Of a stretch of DNA of 57,706 nt, positions 55,015 to 57,706 are shown piece after piece. A program made the translations under genes and the position numbers. The stretch's first letter is position 1. Every line of letters begins with the position of its first letter. The notes under the pieces are model-generated. The model ran no database searches and was not told the DNA's origin. It worked only from the letters and a program-made list of their open reading frames with translations. The stretch comes from Bacteroidia bacterium. Lineage in GTDB: Bacteria; Bacteroidota; Bacteroidia; Bacteroidales; CAJPTX01. The stretch is taken from NCBI GenBank assembly GCA_905373665.1, contig CAJPTV010000001.1, positions 1 to 57,706 of the forward strand. The letters are read 5' to 3'.

Positions 55015-57603
55015 GTGAACGGCGCAAAGATACGATTATTCTTTCAGCTCTCGCTCTTACGGCTCGGATGCTTGGCACTCGGGGTGGTAGGAGGCTGTGG
55101 CGTGGCACAGGCACAACCCACAGAGCCCCCCACTCGCGACACCGTAGTGCGCGTAACGGAAAGCGTAGGAACGCTAGACGCCAAAATCTCCTCCCACGCC
55201 TCCGACTCCATGACCTACGACCTCCGACGGCGGACGGTCTCCCTCCAAGGGAAAGCCAAGCTCGTTTACAAAAGCCAACAGTTTGAAGCAGAGTGCATCG
55301 ACATCGACCTCAACGAGCGCCAACTCTTTGCGCGAGGAGTAAAAGACTCTACGGGTAAGACGACGGGTGACCCGATCTTTACCGAAGGGAGTGACAAGTA
55401 TACGATGACCGACATCCGTTACAACTTCATTACCCGCAAGGCGCGCATCACAGGGGTCATCACCACGGTACAAGAGGGCTACCTCCACGGCGAGGTGATT
55501 AAGAAGATGCCCAACGACGTTATCTACGTGGGCGACGGCAAGTTTACCACCTGCGACCTCAAACACCCCCACTTCTACCTCGCCCTCACGCGGGCGAAGG
55601 TCATCCCCAATGATAAGATTTTTACCGACCTCGCCTACCTCGTTATCGCCGACGTCCCTGCCCCGATCGGCATCCCCTTTGGCTTCTTCCCCAATACGAG
55701 CAAGCGCTCGTCGGGGATCATCCCCCCCGAATATGGCGAGGAGCAGGCGCGTGGCTTCTTCCTTCGCAACGGGGGCTTTTACCTCGGTCTGAACGACTAT
55801 TTTGACCTCACCGTCCTCGGGGGCTACTACACCCGCGGGTCGTGGGATGCGAGTCTTGCGACCAACTACAAACTTCGTTACAAGTTCTCCGGACGCTTAG
55901 GCTATGCCTACTCTTACATCGCCTCGGGGCAGGAGAATACCCCCGAGCGCTCCATTCACTCCAACTACCGCATCACGTGGAGTCACACGCAAGACAGGGC
56001 ATGGAATCCGAACTCGACCTTCAACGCCAACGTCACCTTCGGTTCGTCCTCCTACAACCGTTTTAACGCACGGAATGCGCAGGACTTCCTCTCGAACCAG
56101 ATCATGTCGTCGGTTGCCTACAGTCGTTCCTTTCCCGGCAAGCCTTTTAACCTAAGCGTAACCCTAAACCATTCGCAGAACTCGCGCGACAGTATCGTAG
56201 ACCTGCGCGTGCCGACGGTAGCCTTCAACGTGCAACGTATTTACCCCTTTAAGCGGAAAAATGCGGTAGGGGCACAACGGTGGTACGAGCGGATCGGGGT
56301 CACCTACAACACGGCGTTGCAGAACTCCGTCCGCATCAAAGAACAGCAGCTCTTTACCCCCGAGATGCAGAAGCGCCTTAAGAACGGGCTGCAGCACCGT
56401 GCGAATGCATCGACCTCGTTTACCCTGCTCAAGCACATCAACTTATCGCCCTCGGTGAGCTATAACGAGAACTGGTATATCCGCACTACGCGCTATCACT
56501 GGGATGCGGCGCAAAAGAAGCCCGTTCTCGACACCGTTAATGGATTTGCCCGCACTTGGTATTATTCGACGGGTTTGGGGCTTTCTACGAAGCTTTACGG
56601 TATGTATGCGTTTATTCCTCAGAGTCCCATCAAGGCGATTCGTCACGTAATGACGCCCTCGGTCTCGCTCTCCTACCACCCCGATTTTAGCGACCCGAAG
56701 TATGGGATGTATGGGAGCGTGCAAAAGAACGAGGCAGGCGAGGCGATGCGCTACTCCTATTTTGCGAACACCATCTACGGCGGAGCGCCTGCGGGCGAGT
56801 CGGGAGCAATCTCCTTCTCGCTGGGCAACAACTGGGAGATGAAGCTACGGGGCAAGCCCAAATCGCCGCAGGATACGGCGAAGGTAGAGGACAAGAAGAT
56901 CCCCCTCTTGGAAAGTCTCAACTTTAGCAGTGGGTATAATTTCCTTGCTGATTCGATGGGTTGGTCGCCCCTCTCCGTCTCGGCACACACCAACTTCCTG
57001 AGCTTTCTCAACCTCTCGGGCAATGCTAGCTTTTCGCCCTACAGTGCCGACGAGAATGGTCGTATCTTCAACGAGTATTATGCGAAGCGGCACGCCTGGC
57101 CCGTACGTTTTGAACGGGTGAGTATGAGTGCTTCCTTCTCGCTCAACAAGGTTTTAGGCTTCAAGGGCGACGACCTACAGACCACCTACGTGAGTTACCT
57201 CCCGGGCTACATCCCTTACGACAGGGCGACGGGTGAGGACTTCCTCGTGCAGCGTTACGATGCTTTTACTGCTCCGTGGAATGTATCGGTGAACTACAAT
57301 TTCTCTTACTCGAAGTCTGGGAGTCGGCGTTCGAGTTTACAGTCATTATCGTTCTCGGGGAGTGTGACCTTAGCCAAGGACTGGCAGGTCTCTCTCTACT
57401 CGGGTTACGACTTTGTCGCCGAGCAGTTTAGCACGACCTCTGTGAGTATCTCTCGCGACCTCCACTGCTGGAACATGTCGCTCAACGTCGTTCCCTTTGG
57501 TCAGATGCGCAGTTACAGTTTCCGCATTGGTGTGAACTCCGGGGTACTCAATGACCTGAAGTATCAGAAGAACAAGAGCTACATCGACAACCTCCTGCGC
57601 TAG
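55015..57603 (+). CDS. LptD/OstA-like outer-membrane LPS-assembly protein
   Basis: Signal peptide (V)NGAKIRLFFQLSLLRLGCLALGVV...AQAQ, an N-terminal OstA-like beta-jellyroll and a long beta-barrel rich in Y/F/S/N strands. The first 600 nt of the 54415 ORF are antisense to the amidase gene and are not counted. GTG 55015 is the only in-frame start after that. Confidence 0.7.
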   Translation: MNGAKIRLFFQLSLLRLGCLALGVVGGCGVAQAQPTEPPTRDTVVRVTESVGTLDAKISSHASDSMTYDLRRRTVSLQGKAKLVYKSQQFEAECIDIDLNERQLFARGVKDSTGKTTGDPIFTEGSDKYTMTDIRYNFITRKARITGVITTVQEGYLHGEVIKKMPNDVIYVGDGKFTTCDLKHPHFYLALTRAKVIPNDKIFTDLAYLVIADVPAPIGIPFGFFPNTSKRSSGIIPPEYGEEQARGFFLRNGGFYLGLNDYFDLTVLGGYYTRGSWDASLATNYKLRYKFSGRLGYAYSYIASGQENTPERSIHSNYRITWSHTQDRAWNPNSTFNANVTFGSSSYNRFNARNAQDFLSNQIMSSVAYSRSFPGKPFNLSVTLNHSQNSRDSIVDLRVPTVAFNVQRIYPFKRKNAVGAQRWYERIGVTYNTALQNSVRIKEQQLFTPEMQKRLKNGLQHRANASTSFTLLKHINLSPSVSYNENWYIRTTRYHWDAAQKKPVLDTVNGFARTWYYSTGLGLSTKLYGMYAFIPQSPIKAIRHVMTPSVSLSYHPDFSDPKYGMYGSVQKNEAGEAMRYSYFANTIYGGAPAGESGAISFSLGNNWEMKLRGKPKSPQDTAKVEDKKIPLLESLNFSSGYNFLADSMGWSPLSVSAHTNFLSFLNLSGNASFSPYSADENGRIFNEYYAKRHAWPVRFERVSMSASFSLNKVLGFKGDDLQTTYVSYLPGYIPYDRATGEDFLVQRYDAFTAPWNVSVNYNFSYSKSGSRRSSLQSLSFSGSVTLAKDWQVSLYSGYDFVAEQFSTTSVSISRDLHCWNMSLNVVPFGQMRSYSFRIGVNSGVLNDLKYQKNKSYIDNLLR
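55025..55032 (-). promoter_or_regulatory. -7 promoter box TATCTTTG upstream of the amidase gene
   Basis: The plus strand reads caaagata, 62 nt upstream of the ATG at 54963. It lies inside the first codons of the divergent LptD-like gene. Confidence 0.4.
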
Positions 57604-57610
57604 GGGGGCG

Positions 57611-57702
57611 CTAAGGGCGGACGAGCCGGGGTTATGGAGGGGCGAGGGAAGATCACATCGACGCCGCCTTGCGGCGAGGGCGTAGCATGCTGCGCCCCTA
57701 CA
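57611..57702 (+). repeat. Structured intergenic repeat, copy C
   Basis: ctaagggcggacgagccggggttatggaggggcgagggaagatcacatcga-cgccgc/ctt/gcggcg-a-gggcgtag/catg/ctgcgccc-ctaca. It starts 7 nt after the LptD-like stop codon. Confidence 0.8.
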
Positions 57703-57706
57703 AAAA

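Overview
This 57.7 kb window looks like a chromosomal segment of a fairly GC-rich Bacteroidota (Bacteroidales-like) genome. Several things point to that lineage. The Bacteroidetes -7 promoter box TAnnTTTG recurs, often as the exact octamer TATCTTTG, 20-75 nt upstream of many start codons. The window also holds a T9SS type-B C-terminal sorting domain, a DUF1573 protein, a MurF-Alr fusion, a Na+-translocating methylmalonyl-CoA decarboxylase operon and a fragment of the AAA-ATPase/PD-(D/E)XK family that is abundant in Bacteroides. About 45 protein genes are supportable and most are housekeeping: pheT, alaS, queG, pepD, murB, pckA, thiC/thiS, miaA, nadB, murF-alr, holB, waaA, recG, trmD, fabG, tpx, an LptD-like protein, an amidase and MlaD. 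I saw no rRNA, tRNA or CRISPR array.

The regions that deserve a second look are these:
1. A visibly AT-rich island of about 2 kb (10419-12410). An orphan ComEC-type metallo-beta-lactamase-fold protein sits almost exactly between two inverted copies of the same IS30-family left end. One copy is truncated after 7 transposase codons; the other carries an internally deleted, frameshifted transposase.
2. A family of roughly 90-107 nt structured intergenic repeats: four near-full copies plus two 5'-module fragments. The internal hairpin keeps perfect pairing while its stem sequence differs between copies, and three of the copies or fragments start 7-11 nt after stop codons.
3. A 560 bp non-coding gap upstream of the decarboxylase operon. 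It contains four GTACA cores spaced exactly 11 bp apart and a 16-nt direct repeat 201 bp apart.
4. A 37 bp x3 tandem hairpin repeat that rewrites the C-terminus of a C5 DNA methyltransferase.
5. A tmk gene split by a 1-nt frameshift at a C4/G4 run.
6. A secreted protein that consists only of a T9SS type-B sorting domain.

All functional calls come from motifs I recognised in the translations. No database search or computation was run, and start codons are my best reading.
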